From assembly GCA_003971905.1 (NCBI GenBank), contig RSEE01000021.1:620001-684000 (forward strand): a DNA stretch of 64,000 nucleotides, read 5' to 3'. Below are positions 1-12,828 of the stretch, in pieces. A program made the position numbers and the translations under genes. The notes beneath the pieces were generated by a model that was given only the letters and a program-made list of their open reading frames with translations, had not been told where the DNA came from and did no database searches. Each line of letters begins with the position of its first letter. Within the stretch, counting starts at the first letter, position 1. Source of the DNA: Moniliella sp. 'wahieum'. Its lineage: Eukaryota.

Positions 1-3000
1 GCCGCCCTTCCGAGCACGTCCTATTCCAACGCGTGTCGACGGCCTCTCCATCCGCAGCCTCAACGCAGCGGTGCCTGGCGGCAGGCAAGCCTCCCACGCC
101 GCGCTGTGCTGGCCGGCCACTACCATCTCTCCTCGGCATGCTCGGCCGCAGGCAGCGCTCCTCGGGCCCGTCTCCGCCCCACCCATCCGCGACGCCGCCG
201 AAGTCACTCCGTGGGAGTTTGAGCAGGGCGGTACGTTGGCCCCGCGCTTCCTTGCGGCGTGGCTGCGAATGCTAACCCCACTCCAGGCATCTACCATCCT
301 TCTTCCGCCCACGCCGCTGGGCCCTCGTCCGCATCGGGCCCGCGCGTGGGCCTGTCCCCTCCCCCCTCCGCCCCCGCCCAGACGGCCCGGCCGTTTCTCG
401 GGCCTGCTCTCGAGGAAAGACAAGGGCACAGCGACGGTGGTGGCGCCGCTATCAACCCCCCGCTCTGTCCCCCCCTTCTCCCCAGGCAGCATAAGCTCCG
501 ACCCGCACCCGGAAGAACACTCCACCCCTCCCTCGTCCCTGGCCTCGTTGACCCGCCATGTCGTGTCCCGCCTGCCCCCACCCAGAGCGTGCTCGACGTT
601 AGCGACGAGCCCGAGTGTCCCATCTGCCTCGAGCCCTTGTCGCTCCGATTGAGTGGGGAACGCCCCCAGTGGTTCCGATGTGCTCCCATGCCATGCACCA
701 CGAATGCTTCAGCGCCATGTACGGTGATCCCAAGGCCGTCCTCGCTGCCCAAGAGAGGGAGGAGAGGGTGGGCCAGTTGCGCCGCACTCCGCACGAGGAG
801 CTGGTCTGCCAAGTTTGTCGCAAACAGCTTTTGCTTACCACTGACCGGCCGGGAGGCAAGACAGCGGCTGTAATGGGTTCAGGCTGGGGCATGACTCGGC
901 CCTCTATCTCAGACAGCAACCCTCAGTCTGACGCAAACGGGGACGATAAGGCTGAACCGGGTCGGCCGTCGGACCGATGGTTCAACCTTACATCGAGGCA
1001 ATCAGCGATGTCTCCCCAGTGTACCGCAAGGAGACAAGTCCCGGGAGCATGCAGCGGCTCAACGTCTTGGTTACCGTGTCCATCCCAGGACGACGACCCC
1101 CACATGAGTACGGGACCGGGGGAAGGATACTCCTCCGCCGCAAGAGCCGTGTGGGGATTCCAAGTGGCCCTCGTCGGCCAGCGAACCGGCTCTCGTCCAT
1201 GGCTTCAGTTGGCGAAGCACCCGTCGATGGGAAACGGCTGTATGACCTCCCCGAGGAGGAGCCCGTATCGCCCTCGCAATCCGACGAGTCCCATCGCGCT
1301 GAGGTCACAGCCGACTTGAGCGAACGTATCCTTGACTGGAAAGGTCATCAGCTGGAGCATTTTGGTCGGCTGCAGTACTTTGATTCGCTGTGTGTTGTTC
1401 AGGGCAAGACGGTACGCCAATTTGGTGTCTATCTGCTGGAGGAGGCTCTGCTCTGTACACTTGAGGATAAGAGAAAACATGTGAGCCGGTACCTGAGTGT
1501 CCCTTACTCCAACTCCTCGGACGAAGGCACCGGAAGCAAGACGATCAGAAGTGCCCCCTCCGCACTCAAGCTCAAGGGAAGGATTTCTCCGCCATATCAA
1601 AGCGGTAGTGGCCTCCTCCTCGGCTGAGGCTGCGCTGAGCATCAAGATGCTCGATGAAAAACTCCCCGACTTTATCTTGGTCTTCCATTCGGAGGGACAG
1701 GCTGAAGTGTGGAAAGATCGAATCGAAGGGCTGATTCATAACCTCCTCATCCTGACGCCAAAATCCCCTTCCGCTTGATACGAATTTGAGTGGACGCATG
1801 GAGGAGGGGCCACCGATGCTGTCTTCCCGGTCGGATGTTTCCACGCCCTCAATGCATCAGAGCATCACACCCCAGGATGGGTTGCGTCACCTGATTGGAC
1901 CAAGACCCGACAGTCTCACCTCGCTCGGTCTCGACTGCACGACCTCCCCCATCCCGAGTCCGCAAGGCGCTCTCCCCCGATTCCCCCCCGCAAGGTGCGC
2001 CCCCCTGGTTCCATGTAAAGTCGAAGCTCTGGACCGGTTTAGCTTTGATGGTTCCGAGGCCCTTCCAGGAGACCCCACTCCCAAACTCTACCCCCCGTGG
2101 CGATCGATTTGGTTCTCGTCGTCCCCATCCCACCCATGCCAAGGGAAGGCATGCCCACTTCCGATGCGATCAAGCTCACCCTCCTTCGTTCCAGCCTTCT
2201 CTTCCTGCTAGACGCTATGGGGGACAAAGGAAGAATCAGTGTTGTCGCCTACCGTGTTGCGCACAAGCAAGATGGCGGCTTTGTGGCCAAGACACGACTC
2301 CTACGTCCCTCTTTTCCTACCTCGCGCGATACTATTGTGGAGTTCTTGGACTTGCTTGCACAGGCCCACGATGGAGCTTCGATGGGGCCCTTTGCCGAGG
2401 ATCTCTCCCAGTTTCCGGGAATGAGCGAGTATGTTGACCTGTCCAGTGGTGGGAACGTCGGGGTTGATGTCCTCCTCCAACGCGGGAGCAAAAACCCCGT
2501 CTCGGCTCTGCTGGTATTGGATGATTCCCCCCGGGCCCAACAAAGAGGAGATGGACATTCTTTCCGCCGAGCAGAGGCAACAGGAGCCAGAGTACATACT
2601 TCGGTCTGGGAGCGAAGCACGATCCCACATCGCTTTGGTTGATTGCATCTCAAACCAAGGGGAGCTATACCTACCTTCGTGGGCGTCCGAACTACGAGTC
2701 GTACTCTCCGGTTGTGTCGGCTCTCTCTCCACTGCCTTGACAGAGGTGACGCTGCGTATCGCGATCGATCCCCAACGAGCTGTGGTGGCTCGCAAACCCA
2801 AGACACTAGTCACTACTTTGTTTCGAAAGATGGGAAAAGCGTGGAGGTCCTCTTGGTCCACTTCTTAGGGAGCAAGCGGGACATTCTTCTCGAGCTTGAG
2901 ATGGACTTTGATGCGCTTTACCGCAGCGTGGCTCGTCCTCAAGAGGAAGGGGCGATGGACGAGTACCTTGTTCAGTTTGGCTTGGATCCAGCCTTGCTGT

Positions 3001-3759
3001 CCACTCCTGAAGTAGAGGAGGCCCCTCTTCCTTGCCGATGCCTCGTACCGCGACCCCCGTACGCAACAGCAAGCTAGCCGTCTCCCGAGCCCTGTGGAAT
3101 TCAGCGTCGATCTCTCCCCGGCATGACCCATACGCAGGAATGCCTCCGGCCCAGGCAGCTGCCTATGCCCGCGCACCGGTCACTCGGCGTACCATGGAGT
3201 TGCTTACGGCAAGTTTGATCACCAACACCGTCCTAGTTGCCCCCCACAACGCACAGCAAGCTGTTACCGTCTTACTCCAGTCGCGGCAAATGATTGGGCG
3301 GTACTCATCTCCACCCGGGCTTCGTTGGTCCCTTGCCCAGCCAGACAGCCTATGCAGCACGGGTTCAAGCGCCCCCTCGTCTCGAATGCTTCCCCTCCTT
3401 CCTCATCGCCCCCCCTTCAAGAAGAACACGAAGCGACAATCCACTCGCTGATGGGAATCTTGGAGGACCTCGAGACACTAGGAGTGCTTGAGGGAAGCCG
3501 GGTTGATGATCACGTCGTCTCGGGAGGGGAGCGGTTTAGACAGGAAGGACGCAAGTTTGCTGCCCAACAGGCTATGGTGCTTCGTACCCAGCGTGCGTGG
3601 TCCAGCCGTACCAACACTGAGCACTTGGTGTTCCAAGACGACAATGGTCCCGCCCTCGCCGTCTTGGCTGGGCTCGTGCCCCGCCCTCCAGACGCAGCAG
3701 TCGAACGCATCTTAGTTGTAATCCCGATACTCGGCCCCAGCTACTTTATCGTTCAATAG
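1..3759 (+). CDS. RING-H2 / PH / von Willebrand A domain protein (Far1/Ste5-like scaffold); 5' end uncertain, several frameshifts
   Basis: Stitching + ORFs gives a RING-H2 (ECPICLEPL...CSHAMHHECF...CQVCRK, ~613-825), a PH-like region (ERILDWKGHQLEHFGRLQYFDSL..VYLLEEALLC..LKLKGR..FILVF..VWKDRI, ~1320-1740) and a vWA start (IDLVLVVPIP..LLRSSLLFLLDAMGDKGRISVVAY, ~2100-2260). The C-terminus reads FAAQQAMVLRTQRAWSSRTNTE, stop at 3757-3759. Confidence 0.8.
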
Positions 3760-4026
3760 CTCAGGCCAGCATATAGCAATGGTTTTAGAGGGTAGTCTCT
3801 CAACGCAAGTACCCCACTCTATCACATTGATCCCAGATGCAAAGTGACATATTGTATTAGTCCTGCTACCTTCATCAATACCCACTCTCACACGCCACCC
3901 CAAAATGGTTTCGTCAGCCGCCGGCTTCCTGTGACATGTTCTGCGCCATTTCTGCATGCACACTTATGTACTCCAAGGGATGGGGGGGAAGTGAGATGAT
4001 TGTAGATTGTAGTTGGGGATCAAGTG

Positions 4027-5510
4027 TTAAGCGCTGGTCTGAGTCTCCTCCCTCAGGACCAGAAGCGAAGACTCCAGGATCTCTGTCGCAGTGTCATATC
4101 CTGCTTGGTGACAATGAGCGAAGGTGCCAGGCGCACCGTATCCTTGCCAGCCGACAGGACAATCAGCCCACGCAGCCTGGCAATCTTGAGCAGGCGCGCG
4201 TGCGCCGGGTCCTTAAGGCTGAAGCCAAGCAGGAATCCGCGGCCACGGGGGCTGTTCTCTTGGTCCAACAAGTCGGGGAAAAATTGAACGAGGTGAGCAA
4301 CCTTGTCCTTAAGTAACTGGCCGTCTCCTTGCGAGTCGCAACGAACCCGGGTTCCGCCAGTCGGTCCAAAACATGGTGCGCAATACGGCAGACGAGCGGA
4401 CCACCACCAAACGTCGTCCCATGATCGCCCACACGATGGCATCGGCAACGTCGGAGCGCATCAGCGTCGCACCAATCGGGAACCCGTTCGCCAGCGGCTT
4501 GGCCATGGTAACAATGTCCGGGTGGGCCGAGATGGGAAGTTCACTGTGAGCCCAGAGTGGGCCCGAACGGAACAGACCACATTGGATCTCGTCGTAGATC
4601 AAGAGCGCACCGTGGGCATCGCATTTGGCTCGCAGAGCGGTGAGGAACTCCAGCGTGGCTGGCGTCACCCCGCCCTCGCCTTGAATGGGCTCCACAATCA
4701 CCCCAGCCGTCGAATCGTCAATCAGGTCGAGCGTCGACACATCGTTGTACGTGCCCACGTGAACGTTGCCTACCAACGGGGCAAACGGCGCTTGGTATTT
4801 GGGGTTGGGCGTGACGCTGAGTGCGCCCATCGTGCGGCCGTGGAAACCGTTTTGGAAGCAGACCAGCCCGGTCTTGTCCTTGCCGGGGAAACGGGTCTTG
4901 GCTACCTTGCGCACAAACTTAAGTGCCGCTAATGCCCGTGTCAGTCGCTTACCTAGCCAAGGGAAAGAATGGAAAAAAGAGACATACCTTCGTTGGCTTC
5001 CGTGCCTGAATTGGCAAAGAACGCCTTGAGGCGGTTGGTGGGGTCCTCACCCTTAGTCAACCCGAGACCGCCGTGCTCCCCCGTGAGCTTGGAGAGCTTG
5101 AGAGCCAATGGACCGGACCATTCGTTGTGGAACAAGTTGCTGGCATGCACCAGGCGCGCCGACTGGGCGGCTGCGATCTTGGCTACCTCGGAATCGGCGT
5201 GGCCCAACGAATTGACCGCAATGCCCGAGCTAAAATCGAGGTACTGCTGTTCGCCACCAGCGTCAGTGGAGGCAAACACCGACATGCCAGACCCATGCGT
5301 AAAGATCAAGGGGGGGCGCGCATAGGTCGCCAGCACAGCTGTGTCGTACTCGGCCACCAGACCGGCCACCCCGGGTGCGCCCGGCTTGGCCGCGTCCGGC
5401 TCAATGTGCGTCGCGGCTAGGTAACGCGTGGAGGGGCAGGCGGCCGTGTGATGAGCACGAGCAGCAAGACGCGCAGGGAGCACGCGCAAAGGGAGACGCA
5501 GCGCCAACAT
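4027..5510 (-). CDS. ARG8: Mitochondrial acetylornithine aminotransferase (class III PLP aminotransferase)
   Basis: Motifs YLDFSSGIAVNSLGH, FFANSGTEANE|AALKFVRK (joined by GT-AG intron 4929-4987), FHGRTMGALSVT, VIVEPIQGEGG, LIYDEIQCGL, PDIVTMAKPLANGFPIGA, HGTTFGG, VRLAPSLIV. Arg/Leu-rich N-terminal presequence (MLALRLPLRVLPARLAAR). Confidence 0.95.
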
Positions 5511-6436
5511 CGTAAACACAAGAGATGGTGGTGCAACGGGGAAAAATGGGGCCGAGCACGACACGAAGACGGACTTACTTTAAAAAACTTGGTTTAATAA
5601 GCCTGAACCCGGGTAGATGGCGATAGGCGCACACAGGCCCTGTGCCATGGCTCGAGTCAGATGTCAGAATTCCCCGTTCCCTCGCACCTCGTCCCCCACC
5701 GCTAGTCAGGCCGAGAATAGGCTTAGGAGGCGTCAAGCTCCAATGACCCATTGCACGCTCTTCATTTCCAACATGGGGTCGTCGAGTAGGCAGCGTAACC
5801 CAGGTTGCAATTAGTCCCCGTGGTTTCGTGACTCGATATGTGCAGAGGGTGCATTCACTTCAGTAGCCCTCGATCCAGTCGAGTCACTAGTCACTGGCGA
5901 TGGGCAAAGCACGACGAATAATGATCCTACCGTCAAGGTTCTGAGGGTCTAAAAACCGGAGAACATTCCCATCTCTGGACTCATAGGTGCTTTGGGGCTC
6001 AAGGCAAACCATACTGCAGCTTCCCAAGCCACCTTTTGGCCTTGCTACTACTAAATATACAGATTGAAGGCGATTTCGACCCGCTCTTTCCCTCTAGCGG
6101 TTCAACGAGACCCAAGGCTCTGCCCTTCCGGAAGATGTTTGAGAAGGCAGTGCCCAAAGAATCGATGCTGTGAGGCCAAGTTGGATAGTCAATAGTCTTC
6201 CATGACCGGCATGACCTGTAGACCACAGAGAGATGTTGGCAGGAAAGGTCATCGACCCGGTCATCGATTATGCAGGCATCGATGACGGTCATCGGTCACG
6301 TCCCCAAATTCGTTTCGCATTATGCATTAGACCTACTAACCCGGAACGCAAAATTCCGCTCGCGCCTAGCCGTTGTTGCTCCACGACGTCTCCACCTGTC
6401 ACCACCACCTCATCAACGTCAGTCTGGGCTAACGAG

Positions 6437-7008
6437 ATGTCGTGCCAAGCCATTGGACGCGGAGTCATTGCCCTCGGCGTGCTCGCCTTCCTTCACGCCG
6501 CCTTCTCGGCGTACGAGTGTTCGTACTCTCTGTTCCTACCCCACATTGATATGCACTAACACATTACTGCAGTTCTTACTATTCGCAAGTCTTTTGGGCT
6601 GCCACCAGAGCCGATCCCTCTGACGTGCGTATATTCTCACCACATACGTTCCCTTTCCTTTACCCCTTTCCCTCCCCCTCCCTGAAGCTAACTGGTAGTG
6701 CAGATCAAGATTGAGACTCTTGTCTCCTTTTTCGTCCTCGTTGTTGGAATCACCCTCTCCACCAAGCCCCTCAAGAGAATCACTTGGAGCAGCGAAATGC
6801 GGACGCGGTATGTTGGCCCCCACGGAGCTTGGGTTGGTTATACTAATGTCCTGTGTGGTCTAGCACGATTGATATGGCCGAGACTCGCCCTTCGTTTGCC
6901 CGGTTCAACCATCGCGGACCTGAACTCTTCGCCAATGCTCGTGCGCTCTTAGGGAGCCCGAGAAGAGCACGTGATCGGACCTGTATCTCCATCGGCAGTG
7001 ATGCATGA
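6437..7008 (+). CDS. EMC5: ER membrane complex subunit 5 / membrane Mg transporter (MMGT) family, 4 exons
   Basis: Reconstructed pieces: MSCQAIGRGVIALGVLAFLHAAFSAYE, then P.DIKIETLVSFFVLVVGITLSTKPLKRITWSSEMR, then TIDMAETRPSFARFNHRG. Introns at ~6520-6572, 6626-6703, 6808-6863. The true stop may be ~6973 if a frameshift is present. Confidence 0.85.
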
Positions 7009-7617
7009 TAGTACCACTCGGAGATTCGAAAAAAGGCGGCGCAGCCCTGGCTCCCATGTTTGCATACGGGTTGGAACCATGTCCGAGGAGCAACATGATT
7101 TTGACGATACAATGTTGTTTGGATATGCACTGTTAGTGTGCTGGCAGTGCACAATTGCATGGAGGATCAGCGATCCCCATTCGAAATGGAAGATGGAGCG
7201 ACGCAGAATGATGCGAACATTGAGATTCTCAGAGCACGTGGCAAAACAGTACCCCCGCCTTCCCCTGCGAAAGCAAGCCTATCTCCGAGCTGGAGGGCCG
7301 ACGTATTCTGATAAAGGGTGTAGCCAGCATGCAAGCGCGGCTTCACCGGCCACGCTACCCCGGCTCGAGCCAGGGGTTGGTGGATGTGCAAGAGTGAACG
7401 GGGGCGAGAAGTGTCGAGTAGCTCGTGCGATAGATAGCCCCGATATCGTAGTTGGATTGGAAGGCCCAGAATGAACGTATGAAATTTGCTTGCCCACAAA
7501 ACACAGCACGCTCGTGATTGCTGGCACAGAAGCGCGATCAGCCACGTCGCCATCGATCGTTCTTGGCCACCATTGACACCACCTCTCCCGTTCCCAGTAA
7601 CTTCTACAACGGCTGAG

Positions 7618-8039
7618 ATGGTTTCATCAGACGAGCTCAGTGCTGCGATCCGTGCTCGCGTCGAGGGAGTGCAGAATGTGGTGGTGTCGGATGTGAGTGG
7701 CGGGTGTGGGCAGGCATTTGATGTATCATTGTCTCCTCGGCCTTCCAGGGTTTGACAACGCTCAAGGCACCGGCTGGTCAATGAGAAGCTCAAGGATGAG
7801 ATCGCTTCCATGCACGCCTTTCTCAGAAAACCTATACACCGGCTGTACGTGCCTTCGTCTACTCCGTTCCTTCCTGCCTGCGTACCGATCTCCTCATATG
7901 TTGGATGTGCTGACTACGCTACCTACTCATTGGGCGATCGTCGAACAGCAAATGAGGTACGTCTCTCCTTCCCACTTGTATTGGGTATAAATTAACGCAC
8001 GCATAGAGTCTGTTTCCCTCGGCTTCCCAAGCTTCATGA
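7618..8039 (+). CDS. BOL2: BolA-family protein (cytosolic Bol2/Fra2 type)
   Basis: MVSSDELSAAIRARVEGVQNVVVSDVSGGCGQAFDV..VS.AFQG.TTL.RHRLVNEKLKDEIASMHAFSQKTYTPA contains the GGCG and RHRLVN motifs. Two 3' introns flank a microexon. Confidence 0.88.
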
Positions 8040-11000
8040 TGGGTCGTAATCTACCGCAACGCCCTGCACTGGAATCTGCATACCTTACAGCCTCAGCAAG
8101 CCGCCCTGTTGAAATACACAGGAGCATTTGCCTTGCACCGGGCATCTCAAGTCGACTGGAATCCTAGCCTTTCAACATTTTGATGGCCAAGAGGGCAAGC
8201 AATACAAGCAGTGTCATTGGGGGATGTGCTTGAGGGCGAGAGCGCGGTGATGCAGGTGGAACGCAGCAGAATGTACTTTTTGGTACGATGGTCCCACCAG
8301 TCGAAGGGGAGTAAGGATGCCATGGCTCAGGGACGGACCGAAGAGGGCCGTAGCACTTAGCCACTCAACGAGAGTCTACGGCCGTATAGCTTCTATTGCG
8401 TGCCGAAGGGGATGCCGTTACCTCGATGCTCCTGGGAGGAGGGACAGCCAGCTTGGGTTAGTTGATACTCATCTTGGTGGGGTTTGTTGGGATCAATCGC
8501 GGTCTCTGTCATAATAGTTTGGTCTTACACTGGCAAACAGGGTCTAACGGGACGCGTGGGCATGACAAAATAAGAACCGGTGCTGTGGAGTAACATGGTT
8601 TCTCCCATTAAATGTAATACCCAGCAAAAAGCGGATGTGGCCCTGGTGAATATCTGTGGAGGACCCTGACCTGCGCTGCTTTGATCGGTTCATCCGGAGT
8701 TCAAGAGGGGAAATGATCCTGTCGTGAAAAGTTGCTTTTGTGTGTAACTGCAAGGCGGAGACGTTGATGGCCCTCTCTTCGAGATTTCGCGCGTAGAGTA
8801 ATAGGTCCTCGAGAATATGCTCACAGTAGAGATGTCCATGATCTCGATGACCACATCACATGTGCATGCCTACCCAGCCCCCGAAAGTTCGCAACCACGG
8901 GAGGGAAATGTCTCCTGTACTATCTCACGCTCTTAACCCACGTTTCTCTCATCTTGGGTATTACATGCACAGGCTAGATGCCCGTAACAGAGAGGAGCCT
9001 AATACAAGACATGAGGTTCTCGGTCGTCCGCCCCGAACACACCCACATATGTTCCCCGTGAATATGCGAAGAGAACATAAGAAACAGGCGTCGCCAAAGA
9101 TGAACGTCCGAAACCCGAACCCTTACGAGGCTCGTCAGAAAATCTTTCTACGCTATTCTTAACTTTTGCTTAGGGTGGAAGTGGATAAGAACAAGAAGAG
9201 AAAAAGTACATGTGTGAGCGGTTCAGTCGCCTCAGTATGGCCACACTTTCTTCGGTTTTACTATCGAGGGTTGCTTCGACACGACAGCTGTCACAGCATG
9301 CAGAGACAGGATCAGCAACAAAATACTTAGCTTGCTAGCGCGCACGCGTGCCCTATGCCTGCTGTGGTTCGACTCTCTTGTGTGTCTCTTCAGCCCCCTG
9401 TCAAAAACTCTCCTTTGTTGGAACAGACCCTCCATAATCATCTTATATCCATCTGATACTGTTGGCGTCATAATGAAACACAATATATCTCTAAATGGAC
9501 GTTAACGCAAAAGTATTCGCTCCACCCCTAATAACCTCAAAATGGTCCCCCGAAAAAGAAGCGCCTCAATATACTCACACAGACGGTATATGCATCCCAT
9601 GTTGCGCACACACAACGTCCTGAACGAAACGCAAGAATAATATATTCATCGTCCAGTACTAGTGTACTAATACCGCTCTCGTTCGGTAGTGAGAGATAAT
9701 AGCAACAAGCCGTTGACAGGATGAAGTCCCTGGGGGGGGCATTGCATTTGAATTGGGCGCTAAATTTGTTCTCTATATACCTTCTTTATGTGAACACAGG
9801 ATTACATATCATTACACCATGTATGTTAAAAGTGTTGCTCCGGGGTCATACCGGTCATAATACTACTGATGAGACTATAATAGCAGCGAGATTGAATAGT
9901 AAAGTGGTGCCAACTCTAACTGCCATGCATCTTCGTCCACTCTTTCCGTACATGGCCAAGGTTCCTCTCCAAAAGGTCTCTTTCGTTACTCTTTTAAGCG
10001 AAGGAAAACTTGCACTTCCTCGAAAGCACTCTGGTCTCCGGCGTGTACCGGCTACCCCCGATTGCTACGGACAGATTACAGTTCATACTAGTATCATCAA
10101 CTATCAAGCTTCAAGTGTTGGTAATACCAACACTGGAGTTGCTTTGTACATGTGCTGTGTATGATCGAGATCTAAGCTTTTTGATCATCAAAAGGGTTTT
10201 GATCTTATCGAGGTCTCATTGACTCATGTTCGAGATCATCTCACAAAAATAACTAGGATACATCCCGTTTCATGTTATAGGCGCCGGAGGAACGGAACAC
10301 AACACGTCGGAGTATTCACAAAAGTCTCAAAAAGGGCGAACCATGCGTCTTTGCAAAATCACTGTGCGGTTTCTCTGTTGTGAAGAAGGGGAGAAAAGTT
10401 GAAAAGAGAGGGTGGGGGATTCCAAGTAGTAAGAAACCGTGCACGACTGTGCAAGTACAGGAAACGAGTGGTAAACACTTCGCCGTGTGGACCCAACTCT
10501 TAGTATAGGGGACTGAGTACTGATCTCCATATGGTGAACGTCACCCCCATATGGACTTTCGCCAACCCCAACTGCACGACCCTCTCTCTTCAATAACAAA
10601 ACCATCAATAGTAGTTCAATTCACGATGAGGTCGATGAGGCGCCTCCGAAAAATGGCTGTGCATGATCATGATACTTACATATATCGAACGTGTCTAGAT
10701 GCCCTTCCTTGCTTCCGAGGACCTTGTTGCCGGATGGGGTGGGGCACATGCACATGACATGTAGCGACCTGTGACGTGTGGCGTAATATACGACCTCATG
10801 CATCATGGAACACGGGACAGCCGCATGGAAACTCTGTCCCATGTGTGTTTGCCATCTATATATACCTGTGCTGCCAAAAGCGCCGCAAGCCTATCGACAC
10901 ACACTTTTCACAATGAACGTATGCGCCTCGGAGGAAAAGGTTGAGTAAAGGGGCACCGGAGCATGATATACCGGTGAAACAGCCGCAAGATCACAGTGGC

Positions 11001-12828
11001 CTAATAGAGCTATTTCTCGGCTATACTCGAATAACCGGAATGCCCGAAGAATCCCATCAAAAGTCCGGAAGGGATGCACCCAAAAAGACTCTCGTTCTTT
11101 TTTCCTGACCATGTTGCATGACGAGGACGCGAGCGTACTATGCATGCAACGAAAGATGGGAAGCACTGAGAAGTTGTTTTACCACTGGAATCAACTAGCT
11201 ACTAACCACGTTCATGAAGTTTTGCAAATGCTATACGGACTCACAGAGATGAACGAAGTCGGAGAAGAGAAGAGAGACGAGAGAAAAGTATTTGAGAATA
11301 AGGGGATGCCTCATACGTGTGTGATCGTGGCCAGAGAGGCACAATTGCCACTTATTGCTATACAAAATAGTGATACTCAACGTTGATTATCGTGCTGGCT
11401 CTTCGCAATCGCGTTTTTATATGGCCTTGCTCTCTATATATGCCAGCGCCCCCTCTGTGGACGATGTGCTCTTCCGGCGATACTCCCTTATTCTTACGAA
11501 ATCGATTCGTGATATCGAATGATCCGTTTATGGTGCATCTCATGCCCGTCTCCGCGTATAGTGCCTATGGTATAGCAGTAGTAGTATTTGTCTGCTATAG
11601 TGCCATAGATAGATCATTTTTGCCACAAGCATGGGCAAAAGCATCATGTAACCGCTTCGTCTACAGGCTCTGTCATGTTCCCATGCCCATGGATCCGTCG
11701 CGCTTGCCGAAGATGCCAACATGTCGATGATGTCCAAGTGGCGGATGTATACATGTGAGTTGAAGCATCGTCGTGCACAGGAGGCTTGTGCGCTTGCGAC
11801 ACATGTATGTGAGTGTGGCCCTAATACATGAGTGTTCGATGATCGCTGACATGTGACAGATAGCATGCATGACATACATCACAAGTCGTGTGTCACGTGT
11901 GTCACACAGCCTCAGGAACAAAGCTGCGTATTGGATCTTGCATCGTCACGCGTATCCGCGTGCGCACCACACGTTTTGATGTGGGGCGCCACATGCGCGA
12001 CGGGGCCGAGGGGGGCAGAATGGGTGGGACGGGGGGTATGTGCAGTGCGTGGGGGTGCGGCAGAGTGCATAGCCTGCGGTGTTGCGGGTCCGGGGGGGGT
12101 TTGGGCAGTTGCTAAAAGGGGTTTACGCATGCATTATGGACGAGCTCTAGATCCATGCCGTACAATATATCCCTCTAGCAAAATGGGTTCAAAACATGGC
12201 CTCTTCACTATCCAATATCCACGTGCCACCCCAGCCACACAGGGACGGCAAGGGCCTCAAAGGCTTCTCAGTATCCCACAGGTGCGGTTTCAACATGCTG
12301 TTGTATAGCTGATCAAGCTTCAATTAGCTTCAAGCTTCAAGCTTCAAAAGGAAGACTTAATGATGTCCGATGGCCGATAGCCGATCGTCGAGAATCGATA
12401 TCGATATCTGGATAACGTCGACATGCCGATATACTTAGTTCATCGAGTTCATCGTTCATCGATCATCCGCGATCAACTCGAACAACGTTCGGTACGTCCA
12501 ACCAAGGCGCAGGCAGATAGGTGCATGGGTGTTTGAAATTAAATGACCGTCTCGAAGGTCGCTGCAGTGCGGCAGCCAGGGCAGGCCAGCAGGGCCAGCG
12601 GCTGCGGATCGCCTCGGGGCTGCGCCACCCGGGTCCAAGTGGGCCACATGGTCTGCTCTCCTTGCTAGGTCCGCATGTGTTCACTCGCCACCACATAAAA
12701 CCGCGGGGCACCAAACGCCCCCTCCCGGGGGTGCTTCGCCCTGTCTCGCCCATCTCTTTCGCTTCCTCTCCTCCGTCCCTCCCCCTTGCGCTACCACCAT
12801 ATACCCGGGGCTGGCATTGGTTCTCAGA

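Noticed and set aside
9360..9385. GGTTCGA T-loop-like motif suggesting a tRNA (similar at ~41507)
   Set aside because: No T-stem pairing or cloverleaf can be built around it.
11847..11861. Identical 15-mer TGACATGTGACAGAT also at 50598-50612 (possible homeodomain site)
   Set aside because: A few 15-mer matches are expected by chance in 64 kb, and it is already explained by the heptamer-palindrome pattern.
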